Positions 46,521 through 55,380 of a stretch of 64,000 nt of DNA are shown here, one piece after another (the stretch's first letter is position 1; every line of letters starts with the position of its first letter). The notes below the pieces were generated by a model. The model was not told where the DNA came from. It did not search any database and worked only from the letters and a program-made list of their open reading frames with translations. The DNA comes from Myxococcales bacterium (GTDB taxonomy: Bacteria; Desulfobacterota; Binatia; HRBIN30): contig JBBILD010000005.1 in NCBI GenBank assembly GCA_037445065.1, forward strand, positions 64,001 through 128,000, read 5' to 3'. The translations under genes were made by a program, and so were the position numbers.

Positions 46521-46673
46521 ACGTTCCGCTTCCCTCCTCTTGAACCCCTTTTGTCCTTCCCCCAACACGGTTTCAACCGTGGAGCCGCCCGCCTCGCTGC
46601 CACCTGGAAATGATCGGGCTAGACGCATAGCGCGACCGGGCCAGGACTCTGGTGGCTTTTCTCCCCGCGCGGG

Positions 46674-46703
46674 TTGACTTCGCATTTCGGGTCGGGGTAC
46701 GCT
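46674..46703 (+). promoter_or_regulatory. Putative sigma70 promoter of the 46768 operon
   Basis: TTGACT-18 nt-TACGCT, followed by RBS AAGGAGAGG before GTG 46768. Confidence 0.45.
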
Positions 46704-46767
46704 CGGCGGCCAGGCTGTTAGGCTAGATTGGGGTGAGGCGAGGTGAGCTGCGGTAAGGAGAGGATGA

Positions 46768-48546
46768 GTGGAACGCCTGCGGGTGGCTGTGGTTGACCGC
46801 TCACCGACTGTCCGGGAAACCGTCGCGATTATTCTGCCCGAGTACGAAGTCCTGCCCTGGGCTCCCGAGCAATTTGCGGAGATCCAAGGGACGTGCGGTG
46901 TGGACTTGGTCGTCGCCGAGCAAGGGGCAATTGACGATGCGACGGTCGCTCTCAAAGCGCCCGGGGTTCCGGTGGTGTGGCTGCGCCCCGACCCCCGCCA
47001 AAGCGGCGGCTCTTCTCTAGCCGTTGGGCGCTCTTTCACTGCAGCCGAGCTGCGGCAAAAGATTCAGGCCGCTTTGGCGTTACGGCCAGCCGAACCGGGT
47101 AGTCTCGCGGTTTACGGTTTTCCGCCGCCGTTGCTACCAGCAGCGCTCGTTCCCCTGTTCGTATCGGCAGCGCGGAGTTCGTTGCCGGTTTGGATCAGTG
47201 GCGAGTTCGGAACGGGCCGCGCTCGGCTTGCGCGAGCCCTTCACGCCAGCAGTGGCAGCCAGCACTTTTTGGCCGTCCCAGGCAATCAATGCGGGCCCGA
47301 ACTCGAAGCTCAGTTCCCGCCCCAAGCGGCGGGCACGGTGACACTGTATATCGAGGACGTGGAAGACCTCCCCCCTCGTGCCCAAGCCTGGCTCCTCGAC
47401 ATCCTCGAGGCTGGGCGTCAGTCACGAGACCGACGCGGGATGCGGGTGCGGGTACTGTGCAGCACAACGCTGAGTCGCGACGAGATCGAGGCCCGGCAGA
47501 TGCTCCGTGGCGAGCTGCTTTACGCTCTCACGGCGTTCCTGTTCCCGTTACCGCCCTTGCGAGAGCGCCGGGCTGAGATCCCCGAAATCGTACGCTTTGT
47601 CGCACGCCGTTTGTCAGAGGAAGCCTCGCTCCCGCCGGGCACGTTTACACCTTCCGCCTTCGAGCGGCTACAAAATTACCTATGGTTCGGGAACCTCACG
47701 GAGCTGGAAGCCGTTTTAGCCCGAACCCTGGCGCGGGTGCCACACCGGCCGATTGATGCTGCCGATCTCTGCTTTGGCTACGAGCCCATACCTGCGACCA
47801 GCGCCGCGACCAGCGAAAGCCGTTCCTCCGGCCCTCGGCTGAGCCCAGAACCGAGTCACCAAATCGAAGTTCTCGTAAATGAACTCGCCCATGAAATCCG
47901 CAACCCGCTGGTGGTCATTAAGACGATTAGCCAACACCTCGAACGCCTACTCGAAAGCGCTTCGGGTCGCGAAGAGGTGGCTCAGCTCGCCGGAGAGGCG
48001 GTGGAAAAGCTGGACGCCTTGTTCGAAACGCTGCTCCGCTATGCCCGTTTCCGGGAACCCAACCGAGAGCCAACCAGCGTGAACGCCATTGTCGCTCAGA
48101 CGCTCGGGGAGCTCGCTCCGCTGCTCTCCGAGCGACGGATCCTAGTTCATTACCGACCACCGAATCCTCAGCCCATTGTGGCGGACCGCGAACAGTTGGC
48201 CTTTGCCTTACAAAGTTTGCTGCAGGCCATCGTGCGGGACGTGGAAGAAGGTACCACGATCACGATCGAGCCGGGACCGGATCCTCATTCTCTCCAACTC
48301 CAGTTTCCGCCGGTACGAGGAGGCGTGACACAACGACTGAGTACCTTCGTGGACAGCGCGGGCAACACAGAACGCGCCGAGCCGCTCGGGCTCTTGATTG
48401 CACGCTCGTTGCTCCAGCGAAATGGCGGCTCAGTACTGATCCGCGACTCCCCGGATCAGGAGGTCACCACGATGCTCCTCCGCTTTCCGGCCAATGCAGG
48501 GGCAAAGACGGGTTATGGCGAAACACCGAGTTTTGATCGTAGATGA
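46768..48546 (+). CDS. Fusion of pseudo-receiver, degenerate sigma54-activator AAA+ domain, HisKA and degenerate HATPase
   Basis: VAVVDRS...DLVVAE (REC-like); PVWISGEFGTGR, LYIEDV, LPPLRERRAEIP and YLWFGNLTELE (bEBP AAA+ without GAFTGA); ELAHEIRNPL (H-box); LGLLIARSLLQRNGGSV. Confidence 0.8.
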   Translation: MERLRVAVVDRSPTVRETVAIILPEYEVLPWAPEQFAEIQGTCGVDLVVAEQGAIDDATVALKAPGVPVVWLRPDPRQSGGSSLAVGRSFTAAELRQKIQAALALRPAEPGSLAVYGFPPPLLPAALVPLFVSAARSSLPVWISGEFGTGRARLARALHASSGSQHFLAVPGNQCGPELEAQFPPQAAGTVTLYIEDVEDLPPRAQAWLLDILEAGRQSRDRRGMRVRVLCSTTLSRDEIEARQMLRGELLYALTAFLFPLPPLRERRAEIPEIVRFVARRLSEEASLPPGTFTPSAFERLQNYLWFGNLTELEAVLARTLARVPHRPIDAADLCFGYEPIPATSAATSESRSSGPRLSPEPSHQIEVLVNELAHEIRNPLVVIKTISQHLERLLESASGREEVAQLAGEAVEKLDALFETLLRYARFREPNREPTSVNAIVAQTLGELAPLLSERRILVHYRPPNPQPIVADREQLAFALQSLLQAIVRDVEEGTTITIEPGPDPHSLQLQFPPVRGGVTQRLSTFVDSAGNTERAEPLGLLIARSLLQRNGGSVLIRDSPDQEVTTMLLRFPANAGAKTGYGETPSFDRR

Positions 48547-49903
48547 CGAGTCGGGTGTGCGTCACTCCCTCACCTTGGTCCTCAAGGACCAATATGAGGT
48601 ACTCAGTGTCGCCACAGGCCAAGAAGCGCTCGAGCTTCTCGACCGCAGTGCGTTCGACGTGGTCCTACTCGATATCCTTCTGCCAGGCATCGACGGGCTA
48701 GAGGTGCTCGAGAAGATCAAGGAGCGCCCCGTTGCGCCGCAAGTCATCATGCTCACCGCCACCAAGACGGTAAAGACTGCAGTTCGGGCGATGAAGCTCG
48801 GCGCCTTCGACTACGTGACCAAGCCGTTCGACGTGGAAGAGTTACTGATCTTGATTGAGCGGGCTGTGCAATCCTCCGCGCTGGCCCGCGAAGTGGAGGC
48901 GCTGCGCAGCGAAGTCGGCCTGCGGTACAGTTTCGAGAACATCGTCGGGCGCTCGCAAAAGATGCAACAGGTGCTGCGCACCGTGTCCTTGGTCGCACCA
49001 CTGAAAACCACCGTACTGATCACAGGAGAAAGCGGCACGGGGAAGGAACTCATCGCCAAGGCGCTCCACTACCACAGCCCGCGAGCAAACCGCCCGTTGA
49101 TCACCCTCAACTGCGCGGCAATTCCGGAGAACTTGCTCGAGAGCGAACTCTTCGGCCACGAGCGGGGGGCGTTCACCGATGCTCATTCGCGGAAACTCGG
49201 GCAGTTCGAGCTGGCCGATCAGGGCACGATTTTCCTGGACGAAATTGGGGAAATGCAGCCGGCTACCCAAGCCAAGATTCTGCGCGTCCTCGAACAAGGC
49301 GAGTTCTTGCGCGTGGGCGGCACGCAACCGGTCCGGGTGGACGTGCGGGTGATCGCAGCCACCAACCGAGACCTGAGCGAGGGGATCCGGGAGGGCCGCT
49401 TCCGTTCCGACCTTTATTATCGGCTCAACGTGGTTTCGATTCATTTGCCACCGCTGCGCGAACGCAGGGAGGACATCGTTCCCCTCATCCGTCATTTCCT
49501 CGCCCGTAAAGCGCACGAACTGGGGGTACCGCTGAAATCATTCACAAGAGAAGCGATGGATTTGCTGCTCGCATACTCTTGGCCCGGAAATGTTCGGGAA
49601 CTCGAGAACGTTGTAGAACGTGCATTGGTATTGTCCACGCAACCCGAGCTGGGCCCTGCCGATTTGCCCGAGTACATCGCTCGCCAGGAAGCATTTGCCC
49701 ACCCTGTACAGCAAAGCGTCCTGCGCGGTGAGACAAGCCTCAGCGAGGCAGTCGACCAGTTCGAACAAGAACTCATTCGCCGCGCCCTCGAACAGGCTGG
49801 GTACAACCAAACCCGTGCCGCTCAAATCCTCGGCACCACCCGACGCATCCTGAAGTATAAAATGGATAAGCTCGGCATCCGGGCAGCCGAAGAAAACGCT
49901 TGA
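48515..49903 (+). CDS. Sigma54-dependent response regulator (NtrC/AtoC family)
   Basis: LIVDDE, LLDILLP, GESGTGKE, ELFGHERGAFTDA, FLDEIG, WPGNVRELEN and NQTRAAQILG motifs. Confidence 0.95.
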   Translation: MAKHRVLIVDDESGVRHSLTLVLKDQYEVLSVATGQEALELLDRSAFDVVLLDILLPGIDGLEVLEKIKERPVAPQVIMLTATKTVKTAVRAMKLGAFDYVTKPFDVEELLILIERAVQSSALAREVEALRSEVGLRYSFENIVGRSQKMQQVLRTVSLVAPLKTTVLITGESGTGKELIAKALHYHSPRANRPLITLNCAAIPENLLESELFGHERGAFTDAHSRKLGQFELADQGTIFLDEIGEMQPATQAKILRVLEQGEFLRVGGTQPVRVDVRVIAATNRDLSEGIREGRFRSDLYYRLNVVSIHLPPLRERREDIVPLIRHFLARKAHELGVPLKSFTREAMDLLLAYSWPGNVRELENVVERALVLSTQPELGPADLPEYIARQEAFAHPVQQSVLRGETSLSEAVDQFEQELIRRALEQAGYNQTRAAQILGTTRRILKYKMDKLGIRAAEENA

Positions 49904-50154
49904 GCTTCTTTCTCACTCGCCGCGCATCCCTCGGTCCTCTCCCGCAACAATCGTAACGTAGGCCGTCGCGTCCGCGCCCCTGTCCCAAAAGCGGCATCCA
50001 AGCGACGGCAGCTTCGTACAATTGCGTCGTAGTTGTACAATTTCGAACAGGACCCGACTGGAAGAAGCGTCACAAGCATGGCGCAACAGGAGACTCCGTT
50101 AGATTTTTGCAGTGTTTTCGGCACTGGTGGTGTTCAAAAACTTGACGCCCCCCA

Positions 50155-50170
50155 TGGCATGCTTCGTGCT
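50155..50170 (+). promoter_or_regulatory. Putative sigma54 -24/-12 promoter
   Basis: TGGCATGCTTCGTGCT has GG-N10-GC spacing and lies 14 nt before ATG 50184. Confidence 0.6.
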
Positions 50171-50183
50171 GTGCTGGGTGCTG

Positions 50184-51320
50184 ATGATCGAGTCTCCAGA
50201 ACGCCCCGACTCGGATCTCCCCGAGGATCGCCCCTCTGTTCTGATCATTGACGACGAGCTTGGGCCATCTGAGTCTCTGCGCATGATCCTGTCCTCGTAC
50301 TACAACGTGTACCTGTGCCGCGATGGCCAAGAAGGGCTCGAGGCGTTGCGTCGGCACCCGATTGATGTGGTGACCCTGGATTTACGCATGCCGTCCATGG
50401 GCGGCATCGACGTGCTCAAGCAAATCAAACAAATTGATCCAGAGGTCGAAGTCATTATCGTCACTGCGTACGCGTCCCTCGAAACGGCGGTGCAAGGTCT
50501 CCGGTGGGGCGCCTTCGACTACATTTGCAAGCCGTTTGATGTGCCGCACATCGCCGAGCTGGTGGACCGGGCGATCAAGCGGCGCCGCGCGCGGTTGTAC
50601 GGGCGCCGCTCCCGCGAACATTTTTTGGGGAACCTTTCGCACGAGTTGCGGACGCCGCTGAGTGCGATCATTGGATACAGCTCGATCCTCGCCGAGGAGC
50701 TGGCCACGACGGCTAACCCAGAACAGCTCTCTGCACTCAGTCGGATTCAAGCGAACGCGGTGGAGTTACTCAACCTGATCGAAGGAGTGCTCATTCTGAA
50801 TGGGATTGACGCCGGGGAGATCAGTCCCAACATCGTGGACTTCGATGCTGTCGAGCTGGTCCAACACGTGCTTGGCCAGTTCGCCAACCAGGCAGAGGAA
50901 AAGGGGGTCACGTTGGCGACGAACATCGCGCAAGAGCATGTGTTCCTGCGCAACGATCCCAACAAGTTGGCTCGGATCGTGTGGGGTCTCATTGACCATG
51001 CACTAAAGTTCGGCAGCGGCGGCACTCTCACGGTTCAGTTAGAGCCGCATCCGACCAGTGGCGGCTTACGTTTCCTTCTACTCGACCCCTCGTCGAGCAT
51101 TGACGCCGCTGAACTCCAGCTCGCAATTGACGGCTACTTGCAGGACGACATCCGTGGGCGGCGGCGCGATCGCGGCTTAGGCATCGGCCTGCGGGTGGCC
51201 GTGCAGTTTACCCGCATGCTCGGGGGACGCCTGCGCGTGCGCCACCTCGAGCCGGGGGGGACGCGCCTAGAACTGCAGATCCCCAGTTGGGACCTGCACC
51301 GTAGCTCCTCCCTCCACTGA
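50184..51320 (+). CDS. Hybrid REC-HisKA-HATPase protein
   Basis: LIIDDE, TLDLRMP and KPF (intact REC); LSHELRTPL (H-box); GLIDHALKF (N-box Asn replaced by His); RGLGIGL (G2). Confidence 0.88.
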   Translation: MIESPERPDSDLPEDRPSVLIIDDELGPSESLRMILSSYYNVYLCRDGQEGLEALRRHPIDVVTLDLRMPSMGGIDVLKQIKQIDPEVEVIIVTAYASLETAVQGLRWGAFDYICKPFDVPHIAELVDRAIKRRRARLYGRRSREHFLGNLSHELRTPLSAIIGYSSILAEELATTANPEQLSALSRIQANAVELLNLIEGVLILNGIDAGEISPNIVDFDAVELVQHVLGQFANQAEEKGVTLATNIAQEHVFLRNDPNKLARIVWGLIDHALKFGSGGTLTVQLEPHPTSGGLRFLLLDPSSSIDAAELQLAIDGYLQDDIRGRRRDRGLGIGLRVAVQFTRMLGGRLRVRHLEPGGTRLELQIPSWDLHRSSSLH

Positions 51321-51331
51321 GGGCCCAGCCG

Positions 51332-52036
51332 ATGGTCAAGCGTGACACAGCCCGCACCTGGATCGCCTGCCGCCAATGCGGCGTGGCTCAGCCGCTCCCC
51401 AACTCGGCCAGCCCCGGACCCGTTTTGCAAGAAATGGAGCAAGCTGCGACGTCGTTCCTCGATGCGCACAGCAAGCACTTGCTCATAACCCTGTTCCGTG
51501 TGGAGGAAGCTCCGGTGCTGGCGGACCGTCCACTCTGGGATCCCACGGCGCGGGTGACCGTTCAGGCCACCGACGGCCAAACCGACTACCTCATCACCGC
51601 CGAACGGCCTTCGGTAGAAGAACAACGCACCTACCATGTTTGCGAAGGACGCTTGCCACCGGTGCAGGTTGAAATCGAGCTGGTAACAACCGAATTTCGC
51701 AGCGCCCTCCGGAAGGTTTTTGGCACCCAGACCGAAGCTGCCGCGCTGCAGCGACTTGAGGCGGCAGTGCAGAACTTGGTGGCAAGTATGGATCCGACGC
51801 TGCTCGAGTCCGCCTTCGACGACCCCGACCATCCCAGCGTACAGTACGCAGATTGGCCAGATCCTTACCGAACCGATCTTTGCCTGCTGGGAAGGCGTTT
51901 CCTCCCAGAGTGCGTGGCACCAGCTTGGCAACGCTTCGTGGACGAGCAAGCTGTGGCTCACGGCGCGCTGGCGCTCAAGAAAGTCGCCCGCATTCAGCGT
52001 AGCTCCGAGGGAAGAAGTTTGCCCGCCCCCCTATAA
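51332..52036 (+). CDS. Hypothetical protein with N-terminal CxxC
   Basis: 234-aa ORF filling the gap between the kinase and cofG; WIACRQCGVAQ; no family recognised. Confidence 0.6.
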   Translation: MVKRDTARTWIACRQCGVAQPLPNSASPGPVLQEMEQAATSFLDAHSKHLLITLFRVEEAPVLADRPLWDPTARVTVQATDGQTDYLITAERPSVEEQRTYHVCEGRLPPVQVEIELVTTEFRSALRKVFGTQTEAAALQRLEAAVQNLVASMDPTLLESAFDDPDHPSVQYADWPDPYRTDLCLLGRRFLPECVAPAWQRFVDEQAVAHGALALKKVARIQRSSEGRSLPAPL

Positions 52037-52068
52037 CCTCTGGCCTCGCTGTGGTACCAAATGCGACC

Positions 52069-53280
52069 ATGCAATTGGGCCCGGCACACGCGACGGCTGA
52101 GTCTGTCCTCTCCCGGCTGCCTCGTTCGGCGCGCAGAATGTTCGATCAGGCTCTCGAGGGGCGAGCCCTCGGTCGCGCAGAGGCATTGGAGCTGATCCAT
52201 GATCCGAGTCCAGTGACGTACGAGGCACTGCTGGCGGTGGCCGGTACGGTACGCACCCGCGAGAAAGGAACGACAGTCACGTATTCACCCAAGGTCTTTC
52301 TTCCTGTGACCAATCTCTGCCTAGACCGCTGCTCCTACTGCACCTTTCGAGCTGACCCGGATGACCCACACGCATGGACCATGTTGCCAGAAGAAGTACG
52401 CGCAGTCTGCCGCTCCGGCCGTGCCCTCGGCTGCACCGAAGCCCTGCTCTGCCTAGGCGATCGGCCGGAACGTGTCTTTGCGAGCTACCGCTCTACACTC
52501 GAACTGCTCGGGGCGAAGAGTACGCCGGACTACCTCGTCCGAGTCAGTGAGTGGGCACTGGCAGAGGGGCTTCTCCCCCACACCAACGCCGGCTTGCTGA
52601 CCCGCGAAGAGATGGTCGCGCTTCGCCCGACCAACGTTAGCATGGGCTTGATGTTGGAGAACGTTTCTCCCCGTTTGCGCAGGAAGGGGCAAGCACACTG
52701 GCACGCCCCCGATAAAGATCCTGCCAAGCGGCTGCAAATGATCCGGATCGCTGGGGAACTGCGGATTCCCTTCACCAGTGGGATCTTGCTTGGCATCGGA
52801 GAGACGCGCACGGAAATCGTTGACAGCATTTTAGCCCTGGTCCATGTGCATCGAGAATTCGGCCATATCCAGGAGATCATCATTCAAAACTTCCGCGCGA
52901 AACCGAGCACCCGTATGGCCGCCTTCCCAGAACCAACGACCATGGAGATTGCTCAGACGTTGGCCGTAAGCCGCCTCCTTGCCCCTGACATGAACCTCCA
53001 AGCACCACCCAATTTGAACCCATACGATCACCGCGTGCTGTTGCGCGCAGGGTTGAACGACTGGGGCGGAATCTCTCCGCTCACTCCAGATTTCGTCAAT
53101 CCCGAGGCACCTTGGCCGCATGTGAAGGCATTGGCGGACCTTTGCTGGGAAGAAGGTTTCACCTTGCGCGCGCGCCTGCCAATCTACGACGAGTACATGG
53201 ATCGAGACGAATTCGTGGACCCAGCCTTGCGCGCGATCTTGCGCGCCAGACAGGAGCATCAAGGAGAGGCACGATGCTGA
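52069..53280 (+). CDS. cofG: FO synthase subunit CofG (radical SAM)
   Basis: VTYSPKVFLPVTNLCLDRCSYC, LLPHTNAG, SMGLMLE, HIQEIIIQNFRAKP, QAPPNL and DWGGISP motifs. Confidence 0.93.
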   Translation: MQLGPAHATAESVLSRLPRSARRMFDQALEGRALGRAEALELIHDPSPVTYEALLAVAGTVRTREKGTTVTYSPKVFLPVTNLCLDRCSYCTFRADPDDPHAWTMLPEEVRAVCRSGRALGCTEALLCLGDRPERVFASYRSTLELLGAKSTPDYLVRVSEWALAEGLLPHTNAGLLTREEMVALRPTNVSMGLMLENVSPRLRRKGQAHWHAPDKDPAKRLQMIRIAGELRIPFTSGILLGIGETRTEIVDSILALVHVHREFGHIQEIIIQNFRAKPSTRMAAFPEPTTMEIAQTLAVSRLLAPDMNLQAPPNLNPYDHRVLLRAGLNDWGGISPLTPDFVNPEAPWPHVKALADLCWEEGFTLRARLPIYDEYMDRDEFVDPALRAILRARQEHQGEARC

Positions 53281-54518
53281 TTGCAGAGTTACGCCGTTTC
53301 CTTACCGAACCGCCTTCGCTCGCTGAGTCGTTGCAGCGAGCACAGCCCGGAGTTCGGGCTGTGCTGGAGCACGCCCTGGAGGACAAGGAGCTTTCCTTCG
53401 AACAAGGGATGACCTTGCTCGGGAGCGGCGGTCCTGATCTCGCCGCGCTCTTGCACGCTGCCGATGAACTGCGCCGGCGCGACGTCGGCGAGGTGGTCAC
53501 CTACGTGGTCAATCGGAACATCAACTTCACCAACGTCTGCTTCGTGGGCTGCCAGTTTTGCGCGTTCGCCCGGCACCGCAAAGACCCCGACGCGCGGACG
53601 GACAGCATCGAGCAGGTGCTCGCCAAGGTGGAGGAAGCGGTACAGGAGGGTGCAACCGAGATTTGCATGCAGGGTGGCATCAATCCTGAGATGGACGCCT
53701 TTGCGTACCGGGACTTGCTTCTCGCAATCAAACGCCACTTCCCCCAGATCCACATCCACGCCTTCTCTCCAATGGAGATCTTTTACGGGGCGCGCCGCAC
53801 GGGGATGAATTACCACGACTACCTGAGCATGCTGCGAGACGCCGGACTGGGAACAATTCCCGGCACGGCAGCAGAAATCCTCGATGACGAGGTACGCGAG
53901 GTCCTCAGCCACAAAAAAGTGGACGTACGGAGCTGGGTGGAAATCGTCACCACCGCGCACCGGGTCGGTCTTCGCAGCTCTTCGACCATGATGTACGGGC
54001 ACATTGAAAAGCCTCACCACATCATTCGCCACCTCGAACTTCTCCGCGCCCTCCAGAAAGACACCGGTGGCTTCACCGAATTCGTGCCCCTCCGCTTCAT
54101 CCATCCGTACACGGCACTGTACCAAAAGGGTCTCGTGAACCCGCCCCCCAAGGGAGCCCTAGATTTCAAGATTTACGCCGTGTCCCGCCTGATGCTGCGG
54201 CCGTACATCGTGAACATCCAAACATCGTGGGTAAAGCTCGGTACGGAACTGGCACAACTGTCGTTAGCAACTGGCTGCAATGACTTCGGTGGCACACTCA
54301 TGGAGGAACAGATCTCTAAGTCAGCGGGTGCCGACGCAGGTGAGTACCTGCCCGTTGCAACGATCCGCAGCTTGATCTTAGGCATGGGCCGCATCCCCAG
54401 GGAGCGAACGACTGTTTATGGAATCGTGGAGCGCGAATGTCCCGAGGCGCCGCTACGCGGTGCTCGCTGGCGGGGTGGGAGCGGCCCGCTTGCTGCGGGG
54501 GCTCTATGCGCTCGTTGA
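53274..54518 (+). CDS. cofH: FO synthase subunit CofH (radical SAM)
   Basis: VTYVVNRNINFTNVCFVGCQFCAF, EICMQGG, HAFSPME, PGTAAEILDD, TGGFTEFVPL, NIQTSWVKLG and GGTLMEE motifs; RBS AAGGAGAGG. Confidence 0.93.
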   Translation: MLIAELRRFLTEPPSLAESLQRAQPGVRAVLEHALEDKELSFEQGMTLLGSGGPDLAALLHAADELRRRDVGEVVTYVVNRNINFTNVCFVGCQFCAFARHRKDPDARTDSIEQVLAKVEEAVQEGATEICMQGGINPEMDAFAYRDLLLAIKRHFPQIHIHAFSPMEIFYGARRTGMNYHDYLSMLRDAGLGTIPGTAAEILDDEVREVLSHKKVDVRSWVEIVTTAHRVGLRSSSTMMYGHIEKPHHIIRHLELLRALQKDTGGFTEFVPLRFIHPYTALYQKGLVNPPPKGALDFKIYAVSRLMLRPYIVNIQTSWVKLGTELAQLSLATGCNDFGGTLMEEQISKSAGADAGEYLPVATIRSLILGMGRIPRERTTVYGIVERECPEAPLRGARWRGGSGPLAAGALCAR

Positions 54519-55380
54519 CCCCAACGCTCTTACGGTCATTGTCAACACCGCTGACGACGATGAGTTTTACGGCCTCCACGTGAGTCCCGACGTGGACACC
54601 GTGCTTTACTCGCTGGCAGGGCTCGCACCCGTCAAAAGGGGATGGGGGATTGCCCACGACAGTTTTCATTGCCTGAGCGCACTCGAGAAGTATTACGGGC
54701 CTGCCTGGTTCCAGCTTGGCGACCGGGATTTGGCGACGCACCTCTTCCGGACCGACGCCTTGCGCCGGGGACGTACGCTCACCGAGGTCACACATGCCCA
54801 AGCCCGAGCACTTGGCGTGCGTTGCCGCGTGCTCCCCATGAGCAACGAGCGGGTCCGCACCTTCGTGCGCACGCGTGAAGCAGGCTGGCTTCCTTTTCAG
54901 CGCTACCTCGTCCACCATTCCGCCACAGAAACGGTCGTCAACATCCGCTTTCGCGGGATCCGCCGCGCCCGCCCGACGCAAGCGGTCGTGCGCGCACTGC
55001 AAAATGCCGATTGGATTTTTCTGCCCCCGAGCAACCCGTTCGTGAGCCTCGGGCCGATTTTTGCCTTACCCGGGATCCGCGCACTTCTCGCCGGCAAGCG
55101 CAGGCGGGTGATCGCCGTGAGCCCGATCGTCGCGGGGGAACCAGTGAAGGGACCGCTGCATAAAATGCTCTCCGGCTTGGGTCACGAGGTCTCGGCTTAT
55201 GGGGCCGCGAAACTCTTACGGCCCGTGGCCCATTTCTTCGCCCTCGATCGGCGCGATGCTAGCGAGGCCCCCCGTATTGAACGTTTGGGCATGCAACCCA
55301 TCGTGACGGAAATCCTACTGCACTCTGCGGAACGGTCGCGCAACCTCGCCGCCACTTTGCTCGAGCTGACCCGTCCATGA
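54418..55380 (+). CDS. cofD: 2-phospho-L-lactate/PEP transferase CofD (FbiA)
   Basis: LAGGVGAAR, VNTADD, SPDVDTVLYSLAG, WFQLGDRDLATH, PSNPFVSLGPI and VSPIVAG..KGP motifs. Confidence 0.93.
   Translation: MESWSANVPRRRYAVLAGGVGAARLLRGLYALVDPNALTVIVNTADDDEFYGLHVSPDVDTVLYSLAGLAPVKRGWGIAHDSFHCLSALEKYYGPAWFQLGDRDLATHLFRTDALRRGRTLTEVTHAQARALGVRCRVLPMSNERVRTFVRTREAGWLPFQRYLVHHSATETVVNIRFRGIRRARPTQAVVRALQNADWIFLPPSNPFVSLGPIFALPGIRALLAGKRRRVIAVSPIVAGEPVKGPLHKMLSGLGHEVSAYGAAKLLRPVAHFFALDRRDASEAPRIERLGMQPIVTEILLHSAERSRNLAATLLELTRP

Noticed and set aside
46629..46643. Possible sigma54 promoter TGGCCCGGTCGCGCT (minus strand)
   Set aside because: GG-to-GC spacing is wrong and the -12 match is poor.
45895..47039. 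N-terminal extensions in the ORF track (46206 start for the regulator, 47039 start for the pseudo-kinase)
   Set aside because: They overlap neighbouring genes and lack domain content; RBS-supported starts are at 45894 and 46520.
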